Source: Cyanobium sp. (GTDB lineage Bacteria > Cyanobacteriota > Cyanobacteriia > PCC-6307 > Cyanobiaceae). Taken from it: a stretch of DNA of 40,285 bases. The notes under the pieces were generated by a model, which worked only from the letters and a program-made list of their open reading frames with translations, searched no databases and had not been told where the DNA came from. The position numbers and the translations under genes were made by a program. Within the stretch, counting starts at the first letter, position 1. Each line of letters opens with the position of its first letter. Location of the stretch: NCBI GenBank assembly GCA_044341355.1, contig JBIIRU010000001.1, forward strand, positions 1 to 40,285. The letters run 5' to 3'. Below are positions 1 through 10,277 of this stretch, one piece after another.

Positions 1-522
1 CTTGGCCAGGAACTTGACTGCACCCCGTCCGTACTTGCTTTGGCAGCCCTTGAGCTGAGCCTGGCCGGCAAGCCGCTGTTGCTCAAGGCCGAACAGCGTT
101 GGGGTGCCCCCTCCGGCCGTGTGCTGGAGAGCCGCGGTGGCGACAGCCGTGGCGACGGTCGCCGCGAAAGCCGCAGTGGCGACTTCCGCCGCGAGCGGGA
201 TGGGGGTCGCGACCGAGATGGGGGCCGGGACCGCCGTGATAACGATCGCTCCGATCCCGACCGTCCCGAATCCCCCCCCGAATCCCACTTGGAGCGTTTC
301 CGCTTGGAGGTGGGCTGGCGCGACCACGTCAGACCCGGTAACATCGTCGGTGCCATCGCCAATGAAGCTGGCCTCACCGGACGATCCATCGGCCGCATCC
401 GCATCTACGAGAGCCACTCCACCGTCGATCTCCCCAAAGGGATGCCGGAGGCTGTCTTCACCGACCTGCAACGGTTGAAGGTGATGAACAAGGAACTGCA
501 GATCTCCCGGTTGCCGGTCTGA
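1..522 (+). CDS. deaD: DEAD/DEAH-box RNA helicase, C-terminal part (DbpA RNA-binding domain); 5'-truncated by the window
   Basis: Frame is open from base 1. An R/D/G-rich linker is followed by RFRLEVGWRDHVRPGNIVGAIANEAG...IGRIRIYESHSTVDLP, typical of the DeaD/CsdA DbpA domain. Confidence 0.9.
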   Translation, partial: LGQELDCTPSVLALAALELSLAGKPLLLKAEQRWGAPSGRVLESRGGDSRGDGRRESRSGDFRRERDGGRDRDGGRDRRDNDRSDPDRPESPPESHLERFRLEVGWRDHVRPGNIVGAIANEAGLTGRSIGRIRIYESHSTVDLPKGMPEAVFTDLQRLKVMNKELQISRLPV

Positions 523-531
523 ACTCTTCTT

Positions 532-912
532 ATGACTTTTGCCGCTGACAGCCCTTTTTGCCAGCTTCAGGTCCGATCCCGCATCGGCCTAGCCTTGACG
601 ACCGTTCTGGGGGCGGCCATGCCTCTAGGAGCTGTGACCCTAGGGGGCTTGCCTCTCGGGGCCTTGCCTCTCGGGTCTCAGTTCCTGGGGGCCCTGCCTT
701 TGGGGCCCCGTGTCGAAGGCGTTGGGGCGATTGTCCAGGCGATGTGCTTAACGGCCTTTGAATCGGAGATGTCCCGGGCTGGCAAAGCCGCCCCAGAGGG
801 CATGGCGGGTTTTGCCTGCCGTTGTGTCACCGATCGCATCATGCAGGGAAGAGGAGTTGAGGAGGCCCGCAAAGAATGTCGGCAAGCGACAATTCAGCGG
901 TTTCCGATCTGA
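532..912 (+). CDS. conserved hypothetical protein (picocyanobacterial, Cys-containing C-terminal domain)
   Basis: 126-aa ORF directly after deaD. It has a hydrophobic N-terminus with degenerate xLGxx pentapeptide repeats, then MCLTAF...FACRCV...ARKEC. Confidence 0.65.
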   Translation: MTFAADSPFCQLQVRSRIGLALTTVLGAAMPLGAVTLGGLPLGALPLGSQFLGALPLGPRVEGVGAIVQAMCLTAFESEMSRAGKAAPEGMAGFACRCVTDRIMQGRGVEEARKECRQATIQRFPI

Positions 913-980
913 CTTACCGCTGCTCCTCCCAGGGGCCAGGGAGCAGGTCCAAGGCCCAGGAGTGGTGCTTTTGGGGCGGG

Positions 981-1181
981 TTACCAACTTGCTGTGGTGC
1001 TGGTTATGGAAGTGAAACTGAGTTCCGCCGTGGACAGGCTCTCAACGGCGGCAATTAACGAGGTCTGAACTTCAACACTTTCTGAAACCACCAAAGCTTG
1101 GAGCAGGTCAAATTTGTCTTGCAGACCAAGCTCCCCGTCGGGTTGCCAGGCGAGGCTCCATGGTGAGGGGTCCATCATCAT
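981..1181 (-). CDS. small hypothetical protein
   Basis: 66-aa ORF filling the gap. WSLAWQPDGEL..DKFDLLQAL resembles small picocyanobacterial proteins as I recall them (unverified). Confidence 0.45.
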   Translation of the reverse strand: MMMDPSPWSLAWQPDGELGLQDKFDLLQALVVSESVEVQTSLIAAVESLSTAELSFTSITSTTASW

Positions 1182-1322
1182 CGGATCAACTGATCAGCAT
1201 TTGCTGACATTGGAGCACTTTTTTGTCCGGGTTGCCCAGCTTTCGATTGTCTTCCATTTCTATTTAAGTTTCTTCATGTTGGGCCCGTGGCCTGGCTGGC
1301 CGGGGCCGGGGCCCTGCGGTTG

Positions 1323-1400
1323 TAATATTTAGGGGATTCCGAGGATTCCGGTTCCCGATGGAGCCCGCGATCAGACGAATCCGTTCCGGTTTTTTCTCTG
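1323..1400 (+). promoter_or_regulatory. putative -10 box and structured 5' UTR of rbp
   Basis: TAATAT at 1323-1328; repeated GGATTCCG at 1334-1341 and 1343-1350; complementary GAATCC at 1377-1382. Confidence 0.35.
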
Positions 1401-1751
1401 ATGACCATTTACGTCGGCAACCTCTCGTTTCAGGCCGAACGGGAAGACCTGCTTGATCTCTTCAGCCAGTACGGAGAAGTCCGCCAGTGCAGCCTGCCCC
1501 TTGATCGCGAGACGGGTCGCAAGCGTGGCTTTGCCTTCGTGGAGTTGGATTCCGACGCTTCTGAACAAAAGGCGATTGACGACCTCCAGAACGTCGAATG
1601 GATGGGTCGCATGATCCGGGTCAACAAGGCCACCCCCCGGGAAGCGGGTGGTAGTGGCGGCGGCGGTGGCCGTGGTGGCTATGGCAACCGCGGTGGTGGC
1701 GGTGGTGGCGGCGGCGGTCGTTCCGAGGCCGGCGGCGGCAACCGCTGGTGA
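1401..1751 (+). CDS. rbp: RRM RNA-binding protein with Gly-rich tail (cold-inducible Rbp type)
   Basis: RNP2 IYVGNL, RNP1 RGFAFVEL, and a Gly/Arg-rich C-terminus. Confidence 0.95.
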   Translation: MTIYVGNLSFQAEREDLLDLFSQYGEVRQCSLPLDRETGRKRGFAFVELDSDASEQKAIDDLQNVEWMGRMIRVNKATPREAGGSGGGGGRGGYGNRGGGGGGGGGRSEAGGGNRW

Positions 1752-1764
1752 GCAGGTCGCCTCG

Positions 1765-3555
1765 ATGAGCGGCGAGACCAGGGGGCTGGGCAGGCTCCTA
1801 AGTCGCCTGCAGCCCCATGGTCGCTTGGTGCGACTGGCATCCCTTTGTTCGATACTGAATAAAATATTTGACCTGGCGCCGCCGGTGTTAATTGGTTTGG
1901 CCGTCGATGTGGTGGTCAAACAACAGAATTCTTGGTTGGCCCAGTTCGGAGCTTCAACGGTGCCAGCCCAGCTGACGGTGCTGGCGTTGCTTTCCTTTGT
2001 GATTTGGAGTGCCGAATCGCTGTTCGAATATCTCTATGGCTTGCTGTGGCGCAATCTCGCCCAAACCGTCCAGCACGAACTCAGAATCGAAGCCTATGAC
2101 CATCTCCAGCATCTGGAGATGGGTTATTTCGAGGCTGGCAGCACCGGTCAACTGCTGGCTGTTTTAAATGACGATATCAATCAATTGGAGCGCTTTCTCG
2201 ATCAAGGTGCCAATGAAATCCTGCAGTTAATTACCACCGTGCTGGCGGTGGGAGCCAGCATGGTGGCCCTTTCCCCCACGGTGGCGGGCCTTTCGTTTTT
2301 GCCAATCCCGCTGATTTTGTGGGGTTCGTTGCGGTTCCAGACACGCTTGGCACCCCGGTATCGGGAAGTACGGGAAAAAGCGGGGGATATGGCGAGTCAA
2401 CTGGCGAACAATATAGGCGGCATACTTACAATTAAGAGCTATGTTGCTGAGGATTGGGAGCGCCAGCGTTTGGAGCAGCTTAGTGATGACTATCGTGTCA
2501 GTAACCGCCGGGCCATTCGTCTTTCGGCTGCCTTTGTGCCCCTGATTCGTTACGCGATTCTCTTTGCCTTTATCACTATACTTGTGGTGGGGGGCCTCCA
2601 GGCCTGGCGAGGCGCGATTGCGGTCGGCACCTACAGCTTTCTAGTATTCATCACCCAGCGTCTGCTCTGGCCCCTGACCACCTTGGGACGCACTTTGGAT
2701 GATTACCAGCGGGCCATGGCCTCCACTAACAGAGTGTTAGATCTGCTGGATACACCCATCGCCATTCCCTCAGGCGATCGACCCCTGCCCCTGGCTGCGG
2801 TGCGTGGGGAACTGCGCTTTGAGGGGGTAGGTTTTGCCTATGCCGACCGCCCCCCATTGCTGGAGGGATTCGATCTTGTGGTACCTGCGGGCTCCACCCT
2901 GGGTATCGTCGGAGCAACGGGCTCCGGCAAGAGCACCATTGTCAAGTTGCTGCTGCGGCTCTATGAAATCAACGCTGGGAGTATCCTGCTGGATGGCATG
3001 CCAATTGACACTTTGCGACTGGATGATCTACGCCAGGCCATCGGCTTGGTGAGCCAGGAGGTATTTCTTTTCCATGGCAGCGTCGCTGAAAACATTGCCT
3101 ACGGAAGTTTCGGGGCACCGCAAGTGGCGATCGAAAAGGCGGCAAGGCTGGCCGAGGCGGATGGCTTTATTGCCGAGCTTCCTTACGGGTATGACACGAT
3201 TGTGGGCGAGCGGGGCCAACGGCTTTCAGGGGGGCAGCGCCAGCGCCTCGCCCTGGCCCGGGCCATTCTCAAGGATCCTCCAGTGTTGATACTTGATGAA
3301 GCCACGGCGGCTGTCGATAATGAAACGGAGGCAGCAATCCAACGCTCCCTGGATCTTATTACAGCGCAACGCACCACAGTTGTGATTGCCCACCGTCTCA
3401 GCACGGTGCGCCGCGCCGATCGCATCGTGGTTATGCAGGAAGGCCGCATTGTTGAGACTGGACGCCATGACGACCTGCTGCTGCGGGGTCAGGCCTATGC
3501 CGAACTGTGGCGAGTTCAGGCTGGACTGATTTCTACTTCAGTGCAACTGCACTGA
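1765..3555 (+). CDS. ABC transporter, fused permease/ATP-binding (MdlB/MsbA-like exporter)
   Basis: TM domain, Walker A GATGSGKS, signature LSGGQ, Walker B LILDEAT, H-loop IAHRLST. ATG 1765 chosen because the longer ORF overlaps rbp. Confidence 0.92.
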   Translation: MSGETRGLGRLLSRLQPHGRLVRLASLCSILNKIFDLAPPVLIGLAVDVVVKQQNSWLAQFGASTVPAQLTVLALLSFVIWSAESLFEYLYGLLWRNLAQTVQHELRIEAYDHLQHLEMGYFEAGSTGQLLAVLNDDINQLERFLDQGANEILQLITTVLAVGASMVALSPTVAGLSFLPIPLILWGSLRFQTRLAPRYREVREKAGDMASQLANNIGGILTIKSYVAEDWERQRLEQLSDDYRVSNRRAIRLSAAFVPLIRYAILFAFITILVVGGLQAWRGAIAVGTYSFLVFITQRLLWPLTTLGRTLDDYQRAMASTNRVLDLLDTPIAIPSGDRPLPLAAVRGELRFEGVGFAYADRPPLLEGFDLVVPAGSTLGIVGATGSGKSTIVKLLLRLYEINAGSILLDGMPIDTLRLDDLRQAIGLVSQEVFLFHGSVAENIAYGSFGAPQVAIEKAARLAEADGFIAELPYGYDTIVGERGQRLSGGQRQRLALARAILKDPPVLILDEATAAVDNETEAAIQRSLDLITAQRTTVVIAHRLSTVRRADRIVVMQEGRIVETGRHDDLLLRGQAYAELWRVQAGLISTSVQLH

Positions 3556-3569
3556 GCATCAAAGACCCC

Positions 3570-4631
3570 ATGCCCCCACCCCAAATCCCTCCCCCCTTGC
3601 GCCCCCGTCCCTCCCGGTTTCGCCAGCTGCTTGGCTCCAAGGCCCTGTTGATGCTGGTCGCCACTCCTGCGGGACTGCTGTTTGGCTTGCTGGCGGCCCA
3701 GTCGCTGGTGCCCGTTTTTCAGCAACGCCCAGGGGACCAGGCGGCCTCCTTGCCTGGTGGCTTTAGGGGCTGGCTTAACAGTGAGGGCCAAACGATCCTG
3801 CTGCTCGGCACTGATGTAGGCGGGGGGAATACGGATGTGATTGCCTTGATCAAGGTGGAAGAAGGCGTGACAGATGTGGTTCAGATCCCTCGCGATTCCT
3901 ATATCGAAGCCGAGACCTACGGTCCGATTAAAATAAATGCTCTCTATGCCCTCGGGGGGATTGATGCTGTCATGCAGGAAGTCTCGACGCACATGGGACG
4001 CTCAATTCAACATTATATTGTGATTAATCTTGCGGCTGTCAGACAGCTTGGAGATTTGCTTGGCGGCCTGGAAATATATGTGCCAAAACGAATGGAATAC
4101 GTTGACAATAGCCAGGGATTGAATATCGATCTACAACCGGGGCTCCAGACCCTTAAAGGAACCGACCTTGAGGGTTTCTTGCGCTTTCGCCATGACGAAG
4201 ACGGTGATATCGGTCGCATTGAAAGGCAACAACTTGCCCTCCGAGCTCTCTTTACCAAGCTGGGCCGTCCCGAAACCCTCGTGCGATTACCGGCGGTGCT
4301 CGTGATGATGGGCAAGCAAGTCCAAACGGATATGGGGCCCATGGATTTGGGTGGCATGGTGACTGCCCTAGGAGGCACGCAATTGCATACCAAGCAGCTA
4401 GGTGGCAGGCCCTTTGATCAAAATGGCATCAGCTACTGGGAGGCGGATTGGCCCCAGCCGATCGAGGCGAGCCAATCAACTGACAGTAAGGACAGTACCT
4501 TCAAGGAGAGTGGCGAGAAGCAAAGTAGTGAAAAGTACGGTGGTGAAAAGTATAGTGACGAAAAGGAAAGCTCTCGGCAGCCCCGGGGCGAGTCACCAGT
4601 CAAGTCGGCAGGTGAACGTTATTTATTCTAG
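3570..4631 (+). CDS. LCP (LytR-CpsA-Psr) family protein
   Basis: N-terminal TM helix; ILLLGTD, NTDVI, IPRDSY, KINA, FLRFRHD..GDIGRIERQQ. Confidence 0.92.
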   Translation: MPPPQIPPPLRPRPSRFRQLLGSKALLMLVATPAGLLFGLLAAQSLVPVFQQRPGDQAASLPGGFRGWLNSEGQTILLLGTDVGGGNTDVIALIKVEEGVTDVVQIPRDSYIEAETYGPIKINALYALGGIDAVMQEVSTHMGRSIQHYIVINLAAVRQLGDLLGGLEIYVPKRMEYVDNSQGLNIDLQPGLQTLKGTDLEGFLRFRHDEDGDIGRIERQQLALRALFTKLGRPETLVRLPAVLVMMGKQVQTDMGPMDLGGMVTALGGTQLHTKQLGGRPFDQNGISYWEADWPQPIEASQSTDSKDSTFKESGEKQSSEKYGGEKYSDEKESSRQPRGESPVKSAGERYLF

Positions 4632-5767
4632 TTTAAATCGGCTGATATATTCAGCTCATGCTTTGCCGGGCCCCGGTTCGTCAAGGTGGCCGCCAAGGAT
4701 TGGGCCAGTTGGGCGGCATGCAGGGGGGCAGTTGAGAAGGGACTGCGAAAGCCAGTAAAGGTCCAAAGCCCCGGGGCCCCTGGCACCGGACCCACCAGGG
4801 CCCGACCCTGGAGGCCAAAGGCCACCGGTATCTGCCGGTAGCTCCCTACCAATGCGGCTAGCTGGGGATCCCAACCCTGCAGGCCCTGGCGCAACCGCTG
4901 CTCCATCTTGGCGGGGTCGGGGGCCCGCCTAGTGCCATCGAGGGGCCGCACCAAGCTGATCTGGCCCACCAGCACCCCCTTCGGGCCCCAGGGGGCGGCG
5001 CTGGCATCAACGATCCAGCGCTCCTCGGCCAGCCAACCGGCCTGATCTTCCAGCCCAAGGCGCTGCTCCTGCTGGTTCAACACCAAGCGACCTCTAGCCA
5101 CTTGCCGCAGCCAGGGGTTGCTGCCGGGGTTGATCTCCAGGGCCAGGACCCCCGCCCAGCTGATCCCCAGTTGACGGGCCAGGGGGGGCCAGATGTCCAA
5201 GCAGCCGGCCCCGGCCGCCAACACCACTTGCCGCGCCTCAAGAATTGAAGCCCCCAAAGGAGTCTCCCCCTGGGGATCACCCCGGGGCTCTTGGCGTTGA
5301 TTTGGTGGCGCCTGGTCCAACAGCTGCAGCCGCCAGCCGCCAGTGGCCCCCACTTCCAGGCCCTGGACAAGGGCCGGCCGTTGCTGCACCCCGACCGCCG
5401 CCAGGGCCCTGGGAAGGGCCGCCATCAGCGTGGGTCCATCGACCCGGCTGGCCGGCAGGGTCAGCCGCCGCCCCAGCCAGCCGCGGTCGTGCAGCTTGAG
5501 ACCGCAGGCGGTCCAGCCGAGGGGGCCATAAAGGCGTTCGAGGTTCCTCCAAGCGCGGCCAGTGGTGCCCAGGCTCAGGCTGCCGTAACTAAGGTCCGTG
5601 GCGCTGGTGCCGGTGGCGCTGGCTTCCGGTTCCTGGCTGGGGGGTGCCACCTGGATCACGGTCAGGCCGAGGCGGGCCAGGGCAAGGGCGATCAGGCCTC
5701 CGGTGAGCCCAGCGCCAACGACGACGACCGGATCCGAGGCCAGGCAGCCTGGACCTGCCATGCTCAA
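4628..5767 (-). CDS. FAD-dependent oxidoreductase (DadA/DAO-like)
   Basis: Rossmann motif VVVVGAGLTG, VVLAAG, and C-terminal GPVPGAPGLWTFTGF. Confidence 0.8.
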   Translation of the reverse strand: MSMAGPGCLASDPVVVVGAGLTGGLIALALARLGLTVIQVAPPSQEPEASATGTSATDLSYGSLSLGTTGRAWRNLERLYGPLGWTACGLKLHDRGWLGRRLTLPASRVDGPTLMAALPRALAAVGVQQRPALVQGLEVGATGGWRLQLLDQAPPNQRQEPRGDPQGETPLGASILEARQVVLAAGAGCLDIWPPLARQLGISWAGVLALEINPGSNPWLRQVARGRLVLNQQEQRLGLEDQAGWLAEERWIVDASAAPWGPKGVLVGQISLVRPLDGTRRAPDPAKMEQRLRQGLQGWDPQLAALVGSYRQIPVAFGLQGRALVGPVPGAPGLWTFTGFRSPFSTAPLHAAQLAQSLAATLTNRGPAKHELNISADLN

Positions 5768-6369
5768 ATCTGCAGGCGGAAGGAGCTGATCACCTGTTCG
5801 AACAGGGGCTTGACCTTGGACCAGCGGGCCTCATTGGTGCTGGTGGCCAGGGTATATAGGCGACCCCTATCCACCACCACGGTCGCCAGCTCGTGGCGGG
5901 TGCGATCGGCCAGGTGAACGCTGTATTCAAGGTCGTAAAACGTCCGGCCGCCCTGCTGCCGTTCAGCCGCCTTGACCAGGTCGGCCTGGCGACCGCTGCC
6001 CTCGGGGGCGATGACGATGCGGCCCAGTTTTTCGCCCACGGCCACGGCGCTGCCCAGGCTCTCCAGTTCGTTGGTGCTGTTGACCTCGGAGATCACCAAC
6101 GAGAGGGTTTCATCGCTGTTGATCAGATCGTGGAAGACCACCTGGGGGCCGCCGTTGACCTGCACGCGGGTCCAGCCGGTGGGATAAAGAAATGCGTAGC
6201 GCCCGTCTGGGCTCTGGAAGGTGTTGAGGCCTGCGGCCATGGCATTGCATCCGGAGGCCCCCAGGGCCAGCGTCACCGCCAGCAGCAAGGCCAGCAGCGG
6301 CTTGGCGAGCGGTAGTCCCCAGGGGGATGCGGTCGCCAGCGGGAGGGCACGGGCGGTGGGTGCAGCCAT
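5764..6369 (-). CDS. psbP: PsbP family (CyanoP) lipoprotein
   Basis: Lipobox-like GASGC; DGRYAFLYPTGW, VVFHDLI, RHELATVVVDRGRLYT. Confidence 0.9.
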   Translation of the reverse strand: MAAPTARALPLATASPWGLPLAKPLLALLLAVTLALGASGCNAMAAGLNTFQSPDGRYAFLYPTGWTRVQVNGGPQVVFHDLINSDETLSLVISEVNSTNELESLGSAVAVGEKLGRIVIAPEGSGRQADLVKAAERQQGGRTFYDLEYSVHLADRTRHELATVVVDRGRLYTLATSTNEARWSKVKPLFEQVISSFRLQI

Positions 6370-6443
6370 GGACCGGTGATGAGAGCAGCAGCATTCTGGC
6401 CCGGCGCCCGTTTGCCTAGATTCCAGCCATTGGCGGTACAGCC

Positions 6444-7043
6444 CTGAGCGGTTTCACCCGACCCCTGGCCCGGTTGATCGACCAGTTCGAGCGGCTGCCT
6501 GGCATCGGTCCACGTACGGCCCAACGGCTGGCCCTGCACCTGCTGCGGCAGCCGGAGGAACAGATACAGGCCTTTGCCGATGCCCTGCTGGCCGCCCGCA
6601 GCCAGGTGGGCGAATGCCAGCGCTGTTTCCACCTTTCCGCCGAACCCCTCTGCGATCTCTGCCGTCAAGAAGAGCGCCGCAATGGTCAGATCTGCGTGGT
6701 GGCCGATTCCCGCGATCTGCTGGCGATGGAGCGCACCCGGGAATATCACGGTGCTTACCACGTGCTGGGAGGCCTGATTTCGCCCATGGATGGGGTCGGC
6801 CCCGAGCTGCTCAAAATCCAGCCGCTGGTGCGCCGCGTCGACCAGGAGGACATTCAAGAGGTGATCTTGGCCCTCACCCCCAGTGTCGAAGGAGATACCA
6901 CCAGCCTCTATCTGGCCCGGCTGCTCAAACCCTTCACCAGCGTGAGCCGAATTGCCTACGGTTTACCGATGGGTGGTGAGCTGGAGTACGCCGATCAGGT
7001 GACCCTGGCCCGCGCCCTTGAGGGCCGTCGCCCCGTGGAATAA
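6444..7043 (+). CDS. recR: recombination protein RecR
   Basis: [13 protein letters not shown] HhH motif, C4 zinc finger (CQRC...CDLC), TOPRIM YHVLGG and EGDTT. The start is uncertain: CTG 6444 gives [12 protein letters not shown]; the first standard start is TTG 6474. Confidence 0.95.
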   Translation: MSGFTRPLARLIDQFERLPGIGPRTAQRLALHLLRQPEEQIQAFADALLAARSQVGECQRCFHLSAEPLCDLCRQEERRNGQICVVADSRDLLAMERTREYHGAYHVLGGLISPMDGVGPELLKIQPLVRRVDQEDIQEVILALTPSVEGDTTSLYLARLLKPFTSVSRIAYGLPMGGELEYADQVTLARALEGRRPVE

Positions 7044-7055
7044 CCCCCCCCGCCC

Positions 7056-7970
7056 ATGGCCCAAGCCAAGACCCGCTACAGCGACCAACTGCCCAGCGAA
7101 CGCCTGCCCGAGTGGCTGCGGCGGCCGGTGGGGGATGCCTCCGCCCTGGAGGGGGTTCAGGCCGTGGTGCGCCAGCAGCGATTGCACACCATCTGCGAGG
7201 AGGGCCGCTGCCCCAACCGGGCCGAGTGCTATGCGGCCGGCACGGCCACATTTTTGTTGGGCGGGCCGGTGTGTACGCGCAGCTGTGCCTTCTGCCAGGT
7301 GGATAAGGGCGAGGCCCCGGTGCCCTTTGATGCGGCCGAGGCCGAGCGGGTGGCCGAGGCGGTGAGTGCCCTGAAGCTGCGCTATGTGGTGCTGACAGCC
7401 GTAGCCCGCGACGACCTTGAGGACCATGGCGCCTGCCTGTTCACCGGCACGATGGCGGCGATCCGGCGCCGGGATGCGGGCGTGCAAATCGAGGTGTTGA
7501 CCCCTGATTTCTGGGGCGGCCACCGCGATGAGGCGGAAGGCCGGGCGGCCCAGGCGAAGCGGTTGGCGTTGGTGCTGGCGGCAGAGCCGGTGTGCTTCAA
7601 CCACAACCTGGAAACGGTGCAGCGGCTCCAGGGTGAGGTGCGCCGCGGCGCCACCTACCGGCGCTCCTTGGGCCTGCTGGCGGCGGCCAGGCAGCAGGCC
7701 CCCCATATCCCCACCAAGTCTGGCTTGATGCTGGGTCTGGGCGAAACGATGGCGGAGGTGGAGCAGGCGATGGCGGATCTGCGGGCCGTCGATTGCCAGC
7801 GGCTCACCCTGGGCCAGTACCTGCGGCCATCGCTGGCCCACATGCCGGTGGATCGCTACTGGCAACCCGAGGAGTTCGAGACCCTGGCCGATACGGCCCG
7901 CCGCCTGGGCTTTGCCCAGGTGCGCAGTGGCCCCCTGGTGCGCAGCAGTTATCACGCGGCGGAGACCTGA
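7056..7970 (+). CDS. lipA: lipoyl synthase
   Basis: [12 protein letters not shown], radical-SAM [15 protein letters not shown], and terminal VRSSYHA. Confidence 0.97.
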   Translation: MAQAKTRYSDQLPSERLPEWLRRPVGDASALEGVQAVVRQQRLHTICEEGRCPNRAECYAAGTATFLLGGPVCTRSCAFCQVDKGEAPVPFDAAEAERVAEAVSALKLRYVVLTAVARDDLEDHGACLFTGTMAAIRRRDAGVQIEVLTPDFWGGHRDEAEGRAAQAKRLALVLAAEPVCFNHNLETVQRLQGEVRRGATYRRSLGLLAAARQQAPHIPTKSGLMLGLGETMAEVEQAMADLRAVDCQRLTLGQYLRPSLAHMPVDRYWQPEEFETLADTARRLGFAQVRSGPLVRSSYHAAET

Positions 7971-8803
7971 GCCTGCCCCAGCTGACGCAAGCGTTGCTCG
8001 CATTGCTCCAGCGGGGCCAGGTCGACATCGACACTACTGCTGCCGTCGTATTCAAAGGGATTGTCGAGATCGCGAATCAGAAAAACAAGGTAGAGAAAGG
8101 AGGTAAATAGAAAACTGGAAACAACAAAGTTTTCGCCAAAGTTATCAGCCCCGATCAGTAATAAGGCGACCACAACCCCCAGCAAAAACAGCTCTAACAA
8201 CGCATAGGCGGGGGCGATGAAGTCATGGTCGCGGTTGCTGGCGATGCGGCTAAGCAACAGGCGCATTTTGGCCAGATTCGCCAGGCTGGGATTGTTGGCA
8301 TCCGAGCGGCCAGCGGCCTCCAAGGCCGCCAGGCTGCCGTTCAACTGCTGCATGGCGGTCTGCACCCCATCCCAGGGGGCCTGTTTGAGCAACCAGAGGC
8401 GAATCGCTTCCAGGGCCGCCACCAGGGCCAAACGAATCCGAACGGCATCAAGATCGGGGGCCGCCGCCCCATTGACGGCCAGCCGATCGTTGATGGCTTC
8501 CGCCTCATTCACCAGCTCCAGCACCATGTCCTCACTGGCGTTGTACTGGCTGAGGGTGCCGCCCAACACCAGGGCCAGGATGAAACTGGCAGCCCCCAGC
8601 AACGAGCCCGTCAGGGAGTCGAATTTCCATAACTCCCAGCCCAACTGGTGAAACAGCACCTCCAGCAGGCCAAACAGCAACGTAAAAGGCGCTACCGCCA
8701 GCAGCACCCGCCACTTAACCGGCACCCCGCGCAGCCAGACCTGATAGGGGTTTACAGGCTTCAACTTGACAGCGGTGGGCACGGAGCTGCTGGCTGGTGT
8801 CAT
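7952..8803 (-). CDS. membrane protein, bestrophin-like/DUF4239-like
   Basis: Two TM helices, a soluble helical region, two more TM helices, and IRDLDNPF. Confidence 0.7.
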   Translation of the reverse strand: MTPASSSVPTAVKLKPVNPYQVWLRGVPVKWRVLLAVAPFTLLFGLLEVLFHQLGWELWKFDSLTGSLLGAASFILALVLGGTLSQYNASEDMVLELVNEAEAINDRLAVNGAAAPDLDAVRIRLALVAALEAIRLWLLKQAPWDGVQTAMQQLNGSLAALEAAGRSDANNPSLANLAKMRLLLSRIASNRDHDFIAPAYALLELFLLGVVVALLLIGADNFGENFVVSSFLFTSFLYLVFLIRDLDNPFEYDGSSSVDVDLAPLEQCEQRLRQLGQAQVSAA

Positions 8804-9286
8804 AGGTGGAGGGCTTGGCGGCCGGGGGTCAGTTTGGCTGGTCGGGGGGGTGGGGGGAGGCTGGGAGTGGGTGAGCCATGGCGAAAAGCCAGCGCTTGGC
8901 GGGGGTGATGTACTGGCTGCAGAGGGCTTGGTGGGAGATAAATTCCTAGGATTCTTCTGGTTTGCTGATGGATTTGTGTCTCTTGACTACTTCGTTGTGT
9001 TGATTTTGGGATTGCTGGGATGTAGGCGGAGAGGCAGGTCTTAATGGACTACATTCAGAAATTACTGAGATTTAAAGCATTTGGGCTATTATGCACACAG
9101 CAGTTGAAACGATTCAAGTTGCACCTCAGGATTAGCAATTAATTCGTAGCACTCAAGCTTCACAAGTCTGTTCACAATTTATGTTTATTTCTCGTTGGCG
9201 GCGCATTATTCGCAGCGGGAATCTTTCTATTAAATTGGCACCAAAGCAACCGCCAGCACCACCGCAGCACCAGAAGCGCGACAGGC

Positions 9287-10173
9287 TTAGCTGGCGTTAC
9301 TGCTCAACCAGGCCTTGAGATCCTCAGGTCCCTGGAAATCGAGCAGGGCATCGGCCAGGGCTTCAAGGGCGCTGAGGGGCAGGGCCTCAATGCGGACCTG
9401 CTGGCTGGGGTTGAGCGAACCGCAGCGGCGTTGGAGCAGACGCAGGGTGAGAGCGGCGGCTTCGGCCTGACGGCCCTCCTGGCGGCCTTCCTGCCGGCCC
9501 TCCTGACGGCCCAGCCCAAAGATTTCGCGGTAGGCCACGCTGCTGGAGAAGTCTTCGACGGTGATGCCACCCATGGGGCAGATCTCGGGAACGGTGCGAC
9601 CGCTAAAGCGTGATACCAGGATAGCGGCGATCACATCGTCGATCTCGGTTCCCAGGCTGGTACCCGCGGCTTCGGCGCGAATCAACGCCGAACATGTGGG
9701 CAGTTGTGCTTCAGGCAGCAGCAGCATCCCAAGCGCCCGTTGCAGGGGAGGGGCGGCTGGCGGCAACCGCTCGCTCAGCAGTTCGATCCACACCACCCGC
9801 CTCTCCACAAACTCCTGAACCGGGGTGGGATCACCGAAATTGAGCTCGCGCGACGGGCAGATCACCACCACCTGCCATTGGCGGATCGGACGGCCTTGGC
9901 GTTGCTGTTGCTGCAGCAACACCCTGTTTCGGCATTGAGCCGCAGCAGGAAGTCGGGATCGGGCCCCATCTGGGCTTCCAGGATCAACGTGGGCGATTCA
10001 TGCTGATCGGCGGGCGGCAGAACCAGGCCATCGAGCCGGTATTCCCTTTCCTTGAGCACCGGCGCACTGAAGACATAACCCTCCATCCGCGGCAGCAGCG
10101 AGGCCACCAAGGGTTGGAGGCGTTCGGCCCGCTGCTGGAACAGCCAGTAAAAAAGCTTGTCGCTGGCGACCAC
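9287..10173 (-). pseudogene. Rpn-family (DUF2887/DUF4351) nuclease, frameshifted
   Basis: N-part VASDKLFYWLFQ...KEREYRLDG..LEAQM is in one frame; C-part WQVVVICPSRELNFG...QEGRQEGRQ...LEALADALLDF is in another. One base is missing near 9923 (minus strand GGG TG TTG CTG). Confidence 0.85.
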
Positions 10174-10277
10174 GGGGTGGTTTGCGGCTGGCTCACTGCT
10201 CCGACGATGACACGCCAAAGCAGCCGCTTTAAGTGAGCCCCTGGTATCAATAATTTGGCTCAATTCAAAGCCCCTAA

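Noticed and set aside
607-705. 15-bp degenerate coding repeats (also 4507-4564 in LCP and Ala/Pro repeats at 39601-39678 in MscS)
   Set aside because: Low-complexity linker expansions with no sign of a separate function.
1648-1764. N-terminal extension of the ABC transporter
   Set aside because: It is an alternative frame of the rbp Gly-rich tail.
8844-8871. G-quadruplex-like G runs
   Set aside because: G/C runs are common upstream of genes in this GC-rich window (also near 14416 and 16600); nothing supports function.
8900-9286. AT-rich intergenic patch with a TM-like reading (LCLFLVGGALFAAGIFLL)
   Set aside because: No start codon and no recognisable family; possibly a remnant but not supportable.
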